Below are positions 63,820 to 64,000 of a DNA stretch of 64,000 bases, piece after piece. A model generated the notes under the pieces. The model made no database searches. It saw nothing but the letters and a program-made list of their open reading frames with translations, and was not told the origin of the DNA. The stretch covers positions 18,666,266-18,730,265 of the forward strand of contig NC_068998.1 of assembly GCF_001194135.2 (NCBI RefSeq), written 5' to 3'. Every line of letters begins with the position of its first letter. Within the stretch, counting starts at the first letter, position 1. Both the position numbers and the translations under genes were made by a program. The DNA is from Octopus bimaculoides. Its lineage: Eukaryota.

Positions 63820-64000
63820 CTGAAAGGAAGAGTAAGAAAAGTGTGCATGTATATATTTTCTTTTATTCTTTTACTTGTTTCAGTCATTTGACTGTGGCCA
63901 TGCTAGAGCACCACCTTAAAGGGCTTTTTAGTCAAAGAAATAAACCCCAGGACTTATCCTTTTATGTGGACACAATTTACATCTACAAAATTCACTCACA

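Overview
AT-rich, repeat-dense eukaryotic scaffold with about a dozen N gaps. The SINE, LINE and MITE content and (TA)n/(CA)n tracts suggest an octopod cephalopod (inference). Three spliced genes can be assembled by hand with consistent GT-AG junctions and phases. (1) A complete GPI-anchored two-lobed transferrin (melanotransferrin-like) on +: 8 coding exons 5753-32552, 2070 nt = 689 aa, with a TATA/Inr promoter and an AATAAA signal. (2) A complete SMIM7 on -: 5 exons 53170-38365, 74 aa. (3) The last four exons of phosphoserine aminotransferase PSAT1 on -: 63819-58393; the rest of the gene lies beyond the window. Introns and intergenic DNA hold tRNA/CORE SINEs, RTE LINE pieces, Penelope-like RT and GIY-YIG fragments, Helitrons, solo LTRs and many TIR elements. 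Most notable: an intact-looking type I hammerhead ribozyme in sense orientation in transferrin intron 1; a transferrin whose C-lobe keeps the Asp/Tyr/Tyr/His iron ligands while the N-lobe has lost two of them; and a three-template microhomology mosaic insertion in a SMIM7 intron. Almost all entries in the supplied ORF track are spurious (gaps, microsatellites, repeats). All coordinates were counted by hand; no database search was run.
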